The notes below the pieces were generated by a model, which did no database searches, was not told the DNA's origin, and saw only the letters and a program-made list of their open reading frames with translations. Below are positions 23,899 to 34,317 of a stretch of DNA of 64,000 bases, one piece after another. Origin of the DNA: Hyphomicrobiales bacterium (GTDB lineage: Bacteria > Pseudomonadota > Alphaproteobacteria > Rhizobiales > JAJFHC01); the NCBI GenBank assembly GCA_965227875.1, contig OZ245783.1, forward strand, positions 4,769,929 to 4,833,928. The letters are read 5' to 3'. The translations under genes and the position numbers were made by a program. The first letter of the stretch is position 1. Each line of letters starts with the position of its first letter.

Positions 23899-25290
23899 TC
23901 AGTGCGGCATCCGGTTGTAGGCGTCGAGCGCCGCGATCTTGTAGGCTTCGGCGAGCGTCGGGTAGTTGAACGTGTTCTCCACGAAATACTCCAGCGTTCC
24001 CTTCAGGTTGAGCACGGCCTGTCCGATATGGATAAGTTCCGTCGCCCCTTCGCCGACGATGTGACATCCGAGCAATCTCCGGGTCTTCAGTGAAAAGATC
24101 ATCTTCATCATGCCGGTATCGAGCCCCATGATATGGCCCCGGCTCGTCTCACGGAACCGCGCGACCCCGCATTCGTAGGGGATGCCCCGCTCGGCGACCT
24201 CCTGTTCGTTCATGCCGACCGTCGAGATTTCCGGCACGGAATAGATCCCATAGGGGAAGTACTCCGGCGGTGCGTGGCATTCCGCGCCCAGCGCATGACA
24301 GGCGGCGATCCTGCCCTGCTCCATCGAGGTCGACGCCAGGCTGGGAAACCCGATCACGTCGCCGGCGGCATAGATGTGGCTCACGTCCGTCTGGAAGGTC
24401 GCGGGATCGACGCTGATGCGCCCCCGGTGATCGGCCTCGAGTCCGCAGGCCTCGAGGCCCAGACTTTCGACAGCCCCCATCCGGCCCGCCGCGAACAGGA
24501 CGACGTCGGCGCGGACCATGCGGCCATCCTCGAGGTAGACCGTGCTCGGCCCCGCCACGCCACGTTCGATCCGCTGCACCTGGCAGCCCATGCGCAGGAT
24601 CACGCCGCGGTCGCGCAACTGGTGCATGAAGTCTTCGATCAGTTCCCGGTCGATGAAGTCGAGCATGGTCTTGCGCGGCTCCACGACCGTCACCTGGACG
24701 TCGAGCGCACTGAAGATGGTGGCATATTCGATGCCGATCACACCGGCCCCGATTACCGCGACGGACTTGGGAAGATCGCCGAGTTCGAGCACCTCGTCGC
24801 TGTCGATCACCGATCGTCCGTCGAAGGGAACGGAGTCCGGACGGAACGGCCTCGTCCCGACGCTGAGCACGAAACGGTCGCCACGGCAGACCACGTGCTC
24901 GCCATTCTCGCACTCCACCTCCACCGTGTTCGGGTCGCTGAAACGCGCCGAGCCCTTGAGCGTGGCCACGCGGTTCCGCGCAAACTGGTGCTCCAGGACC
25001 TCGACCTCGTGGTCGAGCGTGATATGCAGCCGTTTCCTGAGGTCCTCGGCCGAAATCTCCTGCTTCACGCGATAGGCCCGGCCGTAGAAGCCGCGTTCGC
25101 GCCACCCCGAAAGGTTGAGCACGGTCTCGCGCAACGTCTTGCTGGGAATGGTCCCGGTATGGACCGAAACGCCGCCGACCCGGCGCCCCTTTTCGATCAC
25201 CAGCACGTCACGGTCGAGTTTCGCGGCCTGGATGGCCGCACGCCGCCCGGCCGGCCCGCTGCCGATGACGATCAGATCATATGACTGCAT
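23899..25290 (-). CDS. sthA: Soluble pyridine nucleotide transhydrogenase
   Basis: 463 aa. 'YDLIVIGSGPAGRRAAIQAAK', 'TGTIPSKTLRE' and a C-terminal dimerisation domain 'FNYPTLAEAYK'. Lacks the redox-active CxxxxC, as is typical of SthA/UdhA. Confidence 0.85.
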   Translation of the reverse strand: MQSYDLIVIGSGPAGRRAAIQAAKLDRDVLVIEKGRRVGGVSVHTGTIPSKTLRETVLNLSGWRERGFYGRAYRVKQEISAEDLRKRLHITLDHEVEVLEHQFARNRVATLKGSARFSDPNTVEVECENGEHVVCRGDRFVLSVGTRPFRPDSVPFDGRSVIDSDEVLELGDLPKSVAVIGAGVIGIEYATIFSALDVQVTVVEPRKTMLDFIDRELIEDFMHQLRDRGVILRMGCQVQRIERGVAGPSTVYLEDGRMVRADVVLFAAGRMGAVESLGLEACGLEADHRGRISVDPATFQTDVSHIYAAGDVIGFPSLASTSMEQGRIAACHALGAECHAPPEYFPYGIYSVPEISTVGMNEQEVAERGIPYECGVARFRETSRGHIMGLDTGMMKMIFSLKTRRLLGCHIVGEGATELIHIGQAVLNLKGTLEYFVENTFNYPTLAEAYKIAALDAYNRMPH

Positions 25291-25410
25291 TCCCCAAGCG
25301 CCCCCGGCCGCTATCCCTCCAGGCGATTCTGCCCCACTTTGCGCCGTGTTCTTCGGGCGGATACGGCCGGTGCGGTCAAAAACCGACGCCGGCCATGTTC
25401 CACGTCCCGA

Positions 25411-25857
25411 TCAACGGCATACCCAGCGGAAATTCACGAAGAAGCACCTTGGGCGCCGCAGCGGCCTGACTGGCCTCACGAACAGCGGGCGAATCGACGT
25501 CCCATTTGATGCCGTTCTGCCGTTGCAGTAAACCCGGCGCCCATTTCTGTACCAGCGCGCGTTTCCCGTCGCGTAGCGGCAGACCGCACCGGGGTCCGCC
25601 CGGTGTACCGCGCGGCGCGATCCGAAATTCGTCACGAAGTGGCATCGCAACAGGGGACTGCCCCAGTTGTCCACGCCGATCTGGATGCGATTGAGACTGG
25701 CCCGGGCAAGGCCGAGCCTCGGCTTGATCGCATTGCAGTAACCACGCAGGGACCCTTGCGTGATCTGCGAGGCCGCTTCGGCCCCGGTCGAGCCGGACAC
25801 CGTCAGGACCGACGCCGCGGCAAGTGCCGCGGAGGCGGCAAGTAGCGTTTTCAACAT
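25411..25857 (-). CDS. Hypothetical small secreted Cys-containing protein
   Basis: AAAGGAGAA SD. Signal 'MLKTLLAASAALAAASVLTVSGSTGAEA'. The C-terminal ~35 aa are oddly Arg/Pro-rich, and an alternative frame looks equally plausible there. Confidence 0.5.
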   Translation of the reverse strand: MLKTLLAASAALAAASVLTVSGSTGAEAASQITQGSLRGYCNAIKPRLGLARASLNRIQIGVDNWGSPLLRCHFVTNFGSRRAVHRADPGAVCRYATGNARWYRNGRRVYCNGRTASNGTSIRPLFVRPVRPLRRPRCFFVNFRWVCR

Positions 25858-25993
25858 GGGGTTCTCCTTTCTCTGTCCTTCGTCCCCCGCGAACACCCTC
25901 ATCGGTCTGTCGGGCCGGACCGCAAAAGGGTTCAATCGGCACTGGTCGTGCTAATGTGCGGCCTGTCGGAAGGATCGATGGAGCGTCACGGAC

Positions 25994-26581
25994 ATGAACA
26001 GGTTTTCAGCGGTTTTGGCGGCCGTCGCAGCCAGCCTCTTTCTTGCGGGATGCATGGTCGAGACCGGCACGTTTCTGTCCGATCCCTCCGCCGGGTCCGC
26101 CGACGAACGGCTGATCGGCAACTGGCGGCCGGCCGACCCGGAGAAGGAAGACAACGGCTCCCTCGTCGTTTCGCGCCGGGACGGCGGACCCCGGGGCACG
26201 CTCGACGTCACGCTGGTCTCGCCGGATCCGAATGAAAAACCAGGTCGCATGACGGTCTGGACGACGAAGATCGGGAAACTCAGCTTTCTCAACGTCAAGG
26301 GTGAGGACCCTGACGGCGACGACGACCTGGCCACCGTGGTGGCCTACCGGTTCGCCGGGGCGGACATGCTCGAAATCGGCCTTCTCGACACCAAGGCATT
26401 CGCGGAACTGGTTGAAGCCGGCCGTCTGCAAGGCAAGGTCACGCGGAGTTTCGGTATCACGGGCGTCAAACTGACGGGCTCTCGCGAAGCGCTGATCCGG
26501 ACGCTCCGGAGACCGATCACCGACGGGCTCGTGTCATTTAAAAACACGTCAAACGTGCTCAGGATGCGAAAATCCAACTAG
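25994..26581 (+). CDS. Hypothetical lipoprotein
   Basis: Signal plus lipobox 'MNRFSAVLAAVAASLFLAGC'. No family recognised. Confidence 0.65.
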   Translation: MNRFSAVLAAVAASLFLAGCMVETGTFLSDPSAGSADERLIGNWRPADPEKEDNGSLVVSRRDGGPRGTLDVTLVSPDPNEKPGRMTVWTTKIGKLSFLNVKGEDPDGDDDLATVVAYRFAGADMLEIGLLDTKAFAELVEAGRLQGKVTRSFGITGVKLTGSREALIRTLRRPITDGLVSFKNTSNVLRMRKSN

Positions 26582-26800
26582 ACCGGTTGCAAATTCCGGT
26601 AACCGCACAACCCACGTACATAGAAGCGTGCCAAAAATGTCACGGCACGCTCAAAATCCTTAGTCTCCTGAAAACTTCATGCCTTCAAACTGTTGCAGAT
26701 ATTCGGACAACTTTGCAGACTTCTGGCAGGGGGGTGCCGAGACTTCTTTGAAGTCGGCAACATCGGCTCGAGAATTGGGGGAACATTCGTGCTCGTCGTC

Positions 26801-28744
26801 ATGTCGTGGAAACGTGCCGCGTTTCTGCTCACAGCCGGATTGGGGCTTGGCATCACACCTGCTCTTTCCCAAGAGGTGCTGCTGAACGGTGTTTCCCTGG
26901 GAGGTCCGATTGTCGCCGGTCAGGTCGCGATTCCGGACAATGGGCTTCTCAAGATCGAGAATGGAGCCAGCATCACCAACAACGGCGTCACCGTAATCGA
27001 CGCTGTGGACGGCTCCACGATCAACATCGACAACCTGGGCACGATCAACTCAACGGCCGGTGACGGCGTCAATGTCCTCGGCTCGACCCTCGTCCAGAGC
27101 AACTCCGGTACCGTCACCGCGAGTTCTTCCGGGATTGCCGCGCACTACATTACCAATCTTGTCAACTCGGGCACCATTCTCGGCACGAATTTCAACGGGG
27201 TATACCTACAGCCCGGCGTTGGCGTCATAACAAGCATGACGAACACGGGAACGGTCGCAAGCACATTCGGATGGGGCATCAATGCGCCAACCATTACGAA
27301 CCTGGTAAACGCCGGCGTCGTATCCGGAAGCAGCCGCGGGATCAGTGCAGACCTCATCACCAATCTCGTCAACTCCGGCACGATCACGGGAACAAACGGC
27401 GAGGCTATCAACACCGCTAGCCTCGTGAGCCTCACCAACACAGGAAGGATTACCGGGCAGAACGGCAATGCGGTTTCCGCGACAACAATCACGAGTTTCA
27501 CAAATGCCGGTACCATCATCGGCAGCAGCGGCACGGCTATTCGTGAGTTTGGCGCTGCAGACACGGTCCTGACTCTTCTTCCCGGCTCGAACATACAGGG
27601 TCTGGTCGACCTCGGCGGAGGCGTAAACACAGTTGTCGTTGGAAATGGCCTGAGCACGGCCACGACCTTTGCCGCGGCTCCCGACATTATAAATTCGTCG
27701 GGCCAGCCTTTCGCGCTTGCCGGCACGACGTTACATGTCGTGGACCCGACAGGGTTTTCAATGACCGGCAGTCAGCTTGCCGACACGACTGGAGCAATTT
27801 CGGACGTTCTTGCAGGTCAATTCGGCGGCGGATCCAGTGGTTCGGTTCAGGTTGCGATGGGGGACGGCACTGGGTTTTTGGTGACGCCGGTTTCCGACAA
27901 CGGTTTGACCGCTCGCGCATGGGCCGAGGTTTTCGGCGGTTGGAAAGACAGGGCCGGCGATGGTGCGGACGTCGGCTCCACGAACATTTTCGGCGGCATT
28001 GTCGGCGGTATTGAAATGGCGCGCGCCGACGCAGGCCGCATAGGCGTTTTTGTCGGCGGATCTGCCGGTGAAGTCGAGGTGGACAACAACGCACAAGATA
28101 TCGATACGGAAACTGTGTTCGGTGGCCTTTACGCGAGTCATGACAACGGGGTGATACGCCTTGATGCTGCAGTGACCGTCGGGCTCGCCGATTACGACTC
28201 CGACCGTTTCGTGGCAAACAACACGGCCGGCGGCGGAATACAGGTAGCCCGTGCGGAGTATGACGGTGTTTTCGTGTCTCCGGAGCTTACTGTATCGACA
28301 TCAATGACGATGGGACCTGCCACACTAAGGCCGTCGCTCAGAGTCCGCTATGCGGGCCTCTGGCTGGACAGTTATTCCGAATCCGGCTCCTCGTCCAACC
28401 TCTCTGTCGACGACCGCGAGGTGCATATCCTTGAAGCCCGCGCTCAGGTTTCCCTGCCGATGACAGTTGCGAGCGGCGAAAACGGAACGCTGACAACCGA
28501 AATCAGGACAGGCATTGATGTTCGCACGAAAATCGGTTCCGATCGCGTCGATGCCGTTCTTGTCGGACAACAGCTGTCGTTCGACTCTGGTGGTGACGAC
28601 GAGGTGCTGACGGCGTTCATCTCCGCGGCGTTCGCTATGGCTTTTGCCGACGCACTGACCGTATCGGGAGCGCTCGAAGGTGGCTACGGCACCGACGAAA
28701 CCGCGCACGCAATCGCTCGCTTGAGAGCGACTGTCGATTTCTGA
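26801..28744 (+). CDS. Autotransporter (type Va) with beta-helical passenger and C-terminal beta-barrel
   Basis: Signal 'MSWKRAAFLLTAGLGLGITPALSQE'. Repeated '(I/L)TNLVNSGT(I)xG(T/S)' passenger motifs. The C-terminal ~280 aa have an alternating beta-strand pattern and end 'ARLRATVDF'. Confidence 0.85.
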   Translation: MSWKRAAFLLTAGLGLGITPALSQEVLLNGVSLGGPIVAGQVAIPDNGLLKIENGASITNNGVTVIDAVDGSTINIDNLGTINSTAGDGVNVLGSTLVQSNSGTVTASSSGIAAHYITNLVNSGTILGTNFNGVYLQPGVGVITSMTNTGTVASTFGWGINAPTITNLVNAGVVSGSSRGISADLITNLVNSGTITGTNGEAINTASLVSLTNTGRITGQNGNAVSATTITSFTNAGTIIGSSGTAIREFGAADTVLTLLPGSNIQGLVDLGGGVNTVVVGNGLSTATTFAAAPDIINSSGQPFALAGTTLHVVDPTGFSMTGSQLADTTGAISDVLAGQFGGGSSGSVQVAMGDGTGFLVTPVSDNGLTARAWAEVFGGWKDRAGDGADVGSTNIFGGIVGGIEMARADAGRIGVFVGGSAGEVEVDNNAQDIDTETVFGGLYASHDNGVIRLDAAVTVGLADYDSDRFVANNTAGGGIQVARAEYDGVFVSPELTVSTSMTMGPATLRPSLRVRYAGLWLDSYSESGSSSNLSVDDREVHILEARAQVSLPMTVASGENGTLTTEIRTGIDVRTKIGSDRVDAVLVGQQLSFDSGGDDEVLTAFISAAFAMAFADALTVSGALEGGYGTDETAHAIARLRATVDF

Positions 28745-28784
28745 TCAAAGCCTATCCTCCAGATTATGAGATCGTTTGGGCCTT

Positions 28785-28801
28785 GACCGCATGGTGCGGT
28801 C
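28785..28801 (+). terminator. Weak hairpin after the autotransporter gene
   Basis: GACCGCA-tgg-TGCGGTC followed by TT only. Confidence 0.3.
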
Positions 28802-28853
28802 TTGCCGCCTATCGCATGCTTTGGCGATCAGCATTCCTGTCAGTTGTCGAATC

Positions 28854-28865
28854 TTGTATATACAA
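28854..28865. promoter_or_regulatory. HutC-type operator TTGTATATACAA
   Basis: Perfect 12-bp palindrome about 65 nt upstream of hutC. Identical to 43741-43752. Matches the TGTA-N-TACA core of GntR/HutC operators. Confidence 0.7.
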
Positions 28866-28931
28866 CCTAGCTGCAATGGTTTATAGCTTCTCTCCAGTGG
28901 AGCACGGTCAACCTGCGTGAGGCGTCACGAG

Positions 28932-29699
28932 ATGGACAATTCGCTGCCGAGATACCAGCAGGTTCAGCAGCATATCCGCGACCGCATCGCCGGCGGTGAG
29001 TGGGCCGTCGATCAACGCATTCCGTCCGAACACGAACTCGTCGCCGAACTCGGCGTGAGCCGCATGACCGTCAATCGCGCCGTGCGCGAACTCACCGACC
29101 AGGGAATCCTGCGCCGGGTTCAGGGTCTGGGGACCTTCGTCGCCGATCCCCGCCCCCAGGCCACCCTGCTCGAGATCCGCAACATCGCCGACGAGATCCG
29201 CGCACGCGGCGGCGATTATTCCTGTGAACTCGTTCGCCTCGGCGAGACGCCGGCCAACGACGACCAGGCGGCCCACATGAACCTCGCGCCCGGCGATGTC
29301 ATCTTCCACAGCCTGCTGGTGCATTGCGAGAACGGCGTCCCGATCCAGCTCGAGGACCGCCTCGTCAACCCGGCCGTGGGCCCGGACTATCTCGACGTCG
29401 ATTTTGCCGCCACCACACCCAACGAATACCTGATGAAGGTGGCCCCGCTCGCCAACGTGGAGCACATCGTGGACGCCGTCATGCCGGAAGCCGACACCCG
29501 CGAACTCCTGCGGATGCCCGAAGGCGAGCCCTGCCTGCTTCTGCATCGCCGCACCTGGGCTCTCGGCGCCGTCGCGTCGCTCGCCTGGCTGACGCACCCG
29601 TCCAGCCGGTATCGCCTGCGGGCCAGTTTTTCAGCCGAGGACGCCCGGCCCTACCAGCCCTTCCAGTCTCTCCCCAAAGGAGCTTTTTCCGCATCATGA
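28932..29699 (+). CDS. hutC: Histidine utilisation repressor (GntR/HutC family)
   Basis: '[67 protein letters not shown]' followed by a UTRA-like C-terminus. An alternative ATG is at 28917. Confidence 0.88.
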   Translation: MDNSLPRYQQVQQHIRDRIAGGEWAVDQRIPSEHELVAELGVSRMTVNRAVRELTDQGILRRVQGLGTFVADPRPQATLLEIRNIADEIRARGGDYSCELVRLGETPANDDQAAHMNLAPGDVIFHSLLVHCENGVPIQLEDRLVNPAVGPDYLDVDFAATTPNEYLMKVAPLANVEHIVDAVMPEADTRELLRMPEGEPCLLLHRRTWALGAVASLAWLTHPSSRYRLRASFSAEDARPYQPFQSLPKGAFSAS

Positions 29700-31372
29700 C
29701 GACAGGAACACGCATCGACAACACGCGCCACATCAGTGCGCCGCATGGCCCCGGCCTCACCTGCAAGTCATGGACGACGGAAGCCGCCATGCGCATGCTG
29801 ATGAACAATCTCGACGCCGATGTCGCGGAAAACCCGCAGGAACTTGTCGTCTACGGCGGCATCGGGCGGGCCGCGCGGAACTGGGAAAGCTTCGACCGCA
29901 TCGTGGCGTCGCTGAAGACCCTGGGCGAGGACGAAACCCTTCTCGTCCAGTCCGGCAAGCCGGTCGGCGTGTTCCGCACCCACCCGGACGCCCCGCGCGT
30001 GCTGATCGCCAATTCAAACCTCGTGCCAAACTGGGCGACGTGGGATCACTTCAACAAGCTCGACCGGGTCGGCCTGATGATGTACGGGCAGATGACGGCG
30101 GGCTCGTGGATCTACATCGGCAGCCAGGGCATCGTACAGGGCACCTACGAGACCTTCGTCGAGGTCGGCCGCCGGCACTATGACGGAGACCTCAAGGGAC
30201 GCTGGATCCTGACCGCGGGACTTGGCGGCATGGGCGGCGCCCAGCCTCTGGCCGCGACCATGGCAGGCGCCTCCATGCTCGCCGTGGAATGCCAGCCCAG
30301 CCGCATCGAGATGCGGCTGCGCACCGGTTATCTCGACCGCAAGGCGGACAGCCTCGACGACGCGCTCGCTCTCATGGACGACGCCAGGAAAACGGGCAAG
30401 CCGGTCTCGGTCGGCCTGCTCGGAAATGCCGCGGACATCTTTCCCGAGCTCGTGCGCCGGGGCGTCCATCCCGATGCCGTGACCGACCAGACCAGCGCGC
30501 ACGATCCGCTCAACGGTTACCTGCCCGCCGGCTGGAGCCTCGCGGAATGGGCGGACAGGCGCGAAAGGGACCCTGAAGGAACGACGAAGGCGGCGAAGGA
30601 ATCCATGGCGGTCCACGTCCGCGCCATGCTCGACTTCCATGCCGCCGGCGTCCCCACGCTCGACTACGGCAACAACATCCGGCAGATGGCGCTGGAAATG
30701 GGCGTCGAGAACGCGTTCGATTTCCCCGGTTTCGTCCCGGCCTACATCCGCCCCCTGTTCTGTCGCGGCATCGGACCGTTCCGCTGGGCAGCGCTTTCCG
30801 GGGACCCGGAGGACATCTACAGGACCGACGCGAAGGTCAAGGAACTGATCCCCGACGACCCCCATCTCCACAACTGGCTCGACATGGCCCGCGAGCGCAT
30901 CCATTTCCAGGGACTGCCGTCGCGGATCTGCTGGGTCGGCCTCGGCCAGCGCCATCGTCTGGGCCTCGCCTTCAACGAGATGGTCCGCACCGGCGAGCTT
31001 TCCGCGCCCGTCGTCATCGGACGCGATCATCTCGATTCCGGCTCGGTCGCCAGTCCCAACCGGGAAACCGAAGGCATGAAGGACGGCTCCGACGCGGTAT
31101 CCGACTGGCCCTTGCTCAACGCCCTTCTTAACACCGCGTCCGGCGCCACCTGGGTCTCGCTCCATCACGGCGGCGGCGTCGGCATGGGTTTTTCCCAGCA
31201 TGCCGGCATGGTGATCGTGTGCGACGGGTCGGAAGCCGCCGACCGCCGCCTCGAACGCGTGCTCTGGAACGACCCGGCGACCGGCGTCATGCGGCACGCG
31301 GATGCAGGCTACGAGGATGCGATCGCCTGCGCGCGCGAACACGATCTCAACCTGCCCTCCTGCTCACTCTGA
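29696..31372 (+). CDS. hutU: Urocanate hydratase
   Basis: ATGA overlap with the hutC stop. '[30 protein letters not shown]...[18 protein letters not shown]...' is canonical HutU. Confidence 0.95.
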   Translation: MTTGTRIDNTRHISAPHGPGLTCKSWTTEAAMRMLMNNLDADVAENPQELVVYGGIGRAARNWESFDRIVASLKTLGEDETLLVQSGKPVGVFRTHPDAPRVLIANSNLVPNWATWDHFNKLDRVGLMMYGQMTAGSWIYIGSQGIVQGTYETFVEVGRRHYDGDLKGRWILTAGLGGMGGAQPLAATMAGASMLAVECQPSRIEMRLRTGYLDRKADSLDDALALMDDARKTGKPVSVGLLGNAADIFPELVRRGVHPDAVTDQTSAHDPLNGYLPAGWSLAEWADRRERDPEGTTKAAKESMAVHVRAMLDFHAAGVPTLDYGNNIRQMALEMGVENAFDFPGFVPAYIRPLFCRGIGPFRWAALSGDPEDIYRTDAKVKELIPDDPHLHNWLDMARERIHFQGLPSRICWVGLGQRHRLGLAFNEMVRTGELSAPVVIGRDHLDSGSVASPNRETEGMKDGSDAVSDWPLLNALLNTASGATWVSLHHGGGVGMGFSQHAGMVIVCDGSEAADRRLERVLWNDPATGVMRHADAGYEDAIACAREHDLNLPSCSL

Positions 31373-31390
31373 TCGGGGAGACATCGACCC

Positions 31391-32185
31391 ATGCCCGTAA
31401 GCCAGCAGCAGATCGACGACTTCAACCGCGACGGCGCCGTCCTTCTCGAAGGTGTCTTCGCCGACTGGGTCGACGTGCTCGTCGACGGCATTGACTGGAA
31501 CATGGAAAACCCGTCCTGGCGCGAACGCACCTACCGTCCCGACGATGGCAGATCGCCTTTCTTCCAGGACTATTGCACCTGGGACAACAACCCGTTCTAT
31601 CGCCGTTTCGTCCGTGAGTCCCGTGCCGGCGAGATCGCGGCACGGCTCATGGGCTCGAAGACAGCGCGGATCTTCCACGACCATATTCTCGTGAAGGAAC
31701 CCGGCAACAGCGTGGTCACCCCCTGGCACCAGGACCAGCCTTATTATCTCGTGGAGGGTGACCAGAGCGTCAGCTTCTGGCTGCCGCTCGACCCGGTCCC
31801 CCGCGAGCGCACGATCGAATATGTCGCCGGCTCGCACAACTGGAACAAGTCGTTCCGCCCGATGCGTTTCGACGGCACGCCGCTTTTCCCCGACGACGAC
31901 AGCGAAGCGATGCCCGATGTCGACGCCCGACGAGACGACCTGGACATTGTCGGCTGGCCGGTCGAGCCCGGCGACGCCGTCGCCTTCAGTTTCCGCACGA
32001 TCCACGGCGCGCCGGCCAACCATTCCGACACCCGCCGCCGCGTGATCTCGACGCGCTGGGTCGGCGACGACGCCCGGTTCGTGAAGCGGCCGGGCACGAC
32101 GTCACCGGCATTCCCGGACCTCGAATACGAAGACGGCGCACCGTTCGGCGGCGCCGAGTTCCCCGTCATTTACCCCGCTGCCTGA
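31391..32185 (+). CDS. Phytanoyl-CoA dioxygenase (PhyH) family Fe(II)/2OG oxygenase
   Basis: 'QIDDFNRDGAVLLEGVF', 'TPWHQDQPYY', 'AVAFSFRTIHGAPAN' give an HxD...H facial-triad layout. Confidence 0.75.
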   Translation: MPVSQQQIDDFNRDGAVLLEGVFADWVDVLVDGIDWNMENPSWRERTYRPDDGRSPFFQDYCTWDNNPFYRRFVRESRAGEIAARLMGSKTARIFHDHILVKEPGNSVVTPWHQDQPYYLVEGDQSVSFWLPLDPVPRERTIEYVAGSHNWNKSFRPMRFDGTPLFPDDDSEAMPDVDARRDDLDIVGWPVEPGDAVAFSFRTIHGAPANHSDTRRRVISTRWVGDDARFVKRPGTTSPAFPDLEYEDGAPFGGAEFPVIYPAA

Positions 32186-32219
32186 TGCAGCGATCCATTC
32201 AGCAAACAGGGAGATCGAT

Positions 32220-33377
32220 ATGCATAGACGTATATTGCTGAAGACCACACTGGCCGCGCTTGCAGGTGCGGCACTGCTCGGAACCCCCGCACTGGCCGCC
32301 GACACGGTCAAGATCGGCTTCAACGCCCCGTTGACCGGCTTTGCCGCCGCCGATGGCAAGTCGGCCCTCACAGGTGCCGAACTTGCCGTCGAACAGGCCA
32401 ATGCGGCCGGCGGCATCGACGGCAAGATGATCGAACTCGTCGTCTATGACGACCAGGCGAGCCCTAAGGAATCCGTGCCCATCGCCACCAAGCTGATCGA
32501 ACAGGACAACGTCGTCGTCGGCATCTCGGGCAGCTATTCGGGCGCGACCCGTGCGGCGGCCGGCGTCTACCAGGATGCCAAGGTGCCCTATATTTCCGCC
32601 TTCGCCATCCACCCCGACATCACGCGTGCCGGCGACTACGTCTTCCGCACGTCCTTCATGGGCGAGGTTCAGGGCCGCGCCGGCGCCAAGCTGATCGGCG
32701 AGACCCTCGGTAAGAAGAAGGTCGCGGTGATCACTCTGAAGAACGATTTCGGGCAGTCTCTGGCGGCAGGCTTCAAGGAAGCCGCCTCCAAGTACGGCGT
32801 GGAGATCATTTCCGAATACGAATACGGCATCAAGGACCGCCAGTTCGGCCCGATCGTCACCAAGGTGAAATCCGAAAACCCCGACGCCATCTATGCGTCC
32901 GGTTACTTCTTCACCGCCGGCCCGCTCGTCAAGCAGCTGCGTGGCGCGGGCGTCGACGTGCCGGTGATCGGCCAGGAGGGGTATGACAGCCAGAAGTTCA
33001 TCGAGATCGCCGGTGCCGACTCCGAGGGCGTCATCATCACGACGTCCCTCGATCGCGACTCGAGTGATCCGGAAGCCAAGGCCTTCATCGCGGAATTCGA
33101 GAAGAAGGCCGGCTACAAGGCCGATATGGTCGGCGCCTCGGGCCATACGGCCGTCAAGGTCGTCGTTGCCGCTCTGAAGGCCGCCGGTACAACCGATCGT
33201 GCCGCGATCCGCGACGCGATCGCCAAGACCGACCTTGCCGTCTCGACCGGCCACATTTCCTTCAACGCTCTCGGGGAAGTGCGCAAGGACGTCCAGGTCC
33301 AGGTCGTCAAGGACGGCAACTGGCGCCATCATTCGGTGATCAGCGATCCGGAGCTGCTGGCTCCGCCCGCCGAGTAA
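32220..33377 (+). CDS. ABC transporter substrate-binding protein (Liv/branched-chain amino-acid type)
   Basis: Signal peptide 'AALLGTPALAADTVKIGFNAPLTG'. Type I periplasmic-binding fold pattern. Confidence 0.85.
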   Translation: MHRRILLKTTLAALAGAALLGTPALAADTVKIGFNAPLTGFAAADGKSALTGAELAVEQANAAGGIDGKMIELVVYDDQASPKESVPIATKLIEQDNVVVGISGSYSGATRAAAGVYQDAKVPYISAFAIHPDITRAGDYVFRTSFMGEVQGRAGAKLIGETLGKKKVAVITLKNDFGQSLAAGFKEAASKYGVEIISEYEYGIKDRQFGPIVTKVKSENPDAIYASGYFFTAGPLVKQLRGAGVDVPVIGQEGYDSQKFIEIAGADSEGVIITTSLDRDSSDPEAKAFIAEFEKKAGYKADMVGASGHTAVKVVVAALKAAGTTDRAAIRDAIAKTDLAVSTGHISFNALGEVRKDVQVQVVKDGNWRHHSVISDPELLAPPAE

Positions 33378-33446
33378 ACCCGCAACACCGGAGCCGGCCA
33401 CCCGCCGGCTCCGGTTGTCCGGCTCCCTTTCCGGCCCGCAGGAAAC

Positions 33447-34313
33447 ATGCTCTATCTCGAACTCGCCATACAGGGAGTCGTCCAGGGCGCCATATACGCC
33501 CTCGTCGCTCTCGGCCTGACGCTGGTCTACGGCCTGCTCCGCATCCTCCATGTCGCGCACGCCGCGCTGTTCACGCTCGGCGGGTACATCGGCGTGCTGG
33601 TGACAAACGCCACCGGATCTCTGGCTCTGGCCATGCTGGTGGCCGCCCTCGTCGTCGGGCTGGCCGGAATGGCCGTCTACCGCATCGCCTACGAACCGCT
33701 GCTCGACAAACCGCCCTTCATCGCGCTCATCGCCTCGATCGCCCTGTTCATCGCCGCGGAAGAAATCTACCGCATCGTCTTCGGCGCCTACGGCATGTCC
33801 TACGCGAACCCGCCGCTGCAGGGCGCCTGGGCGGTCCCGGGAACCACCATTTTGCTCAAGCACGGCGAAATGCTGGTCATGGCCCTGGCCATCGTGCTGC
33901 TGCTCGCGCTCGCCAGTTTCTCCCAGCGCACGCGCACCGGCATCGCCTGGCGCGCCACCGTCACCGATCCGGTCATGGCGGAATCCTTCGGTGTCGACAT
34001 CCGCAAGATCCGCTATCTGAACTTCTTCGTCGGATCCGCGCTCGCCGCCGTCGCCGGCGTCATGGTCGCCCTGCTCAACAACCTCGTCGAGCCCACCATG
34101 GGCAGCGTGCCGTCCTACAAAGCGCTCGCCATCATCGTGCTTGGCGGTCTCGGCAGCATCCGGGGCACGCTGATCGCGGCGCTCATGCTGGGCGTCATCG
34201 AGGCCTTCGGAACCATCTACGCCGGCAACCTGCTCGACCGCGACGCGATCGCTTTTGCCTTTCTCATCCTTGTTCTCATGATCAGGCCCCAGGGCCTGCT
34301 GGCGAGGAGCTGA
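33447..34313 (+). CDS. ABC transporter permease (LivH-like)
   Basis: 'MLYLELAIQGVVQGAIYALVALGLTLVYG', multi-TM. Confidence 0.85.
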   Translation: MLYLELAIQGVVQGAIYALVALGLTLVYGLLRILHVAHAALFTLGGYIGVLVTNATGSLALAMLVAALVVGLAGMAVYRIAYEPLLDKPPFIALIASIALFIAAEEIYRIVFGAYGMSYANPPLQGAWAVPGTTILLKHGEMLVMALAIVLLLALASFSQRTRTGIAWRATVTDPVMAESFGVDIRKIRYLNFFVGSALAAVAGVMVALLNNLVEPTMGSVPSYKALAIIVLGGLGSIRGTLIAALMLGVIEAFGTIYAGNLLDRDAIAFAFLILVLMIRPQGLLARS

Positions 34314-34317
34314 CCCG

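Noticed and set aside
32199-33863. 554-aa ORF antisense to the ABC substrate-binding protein and permease genes
   Set aside because: A high-G+C shadow frame with low-complexity composition. The plus-strand genes carry clear family motifs and signal peptides.
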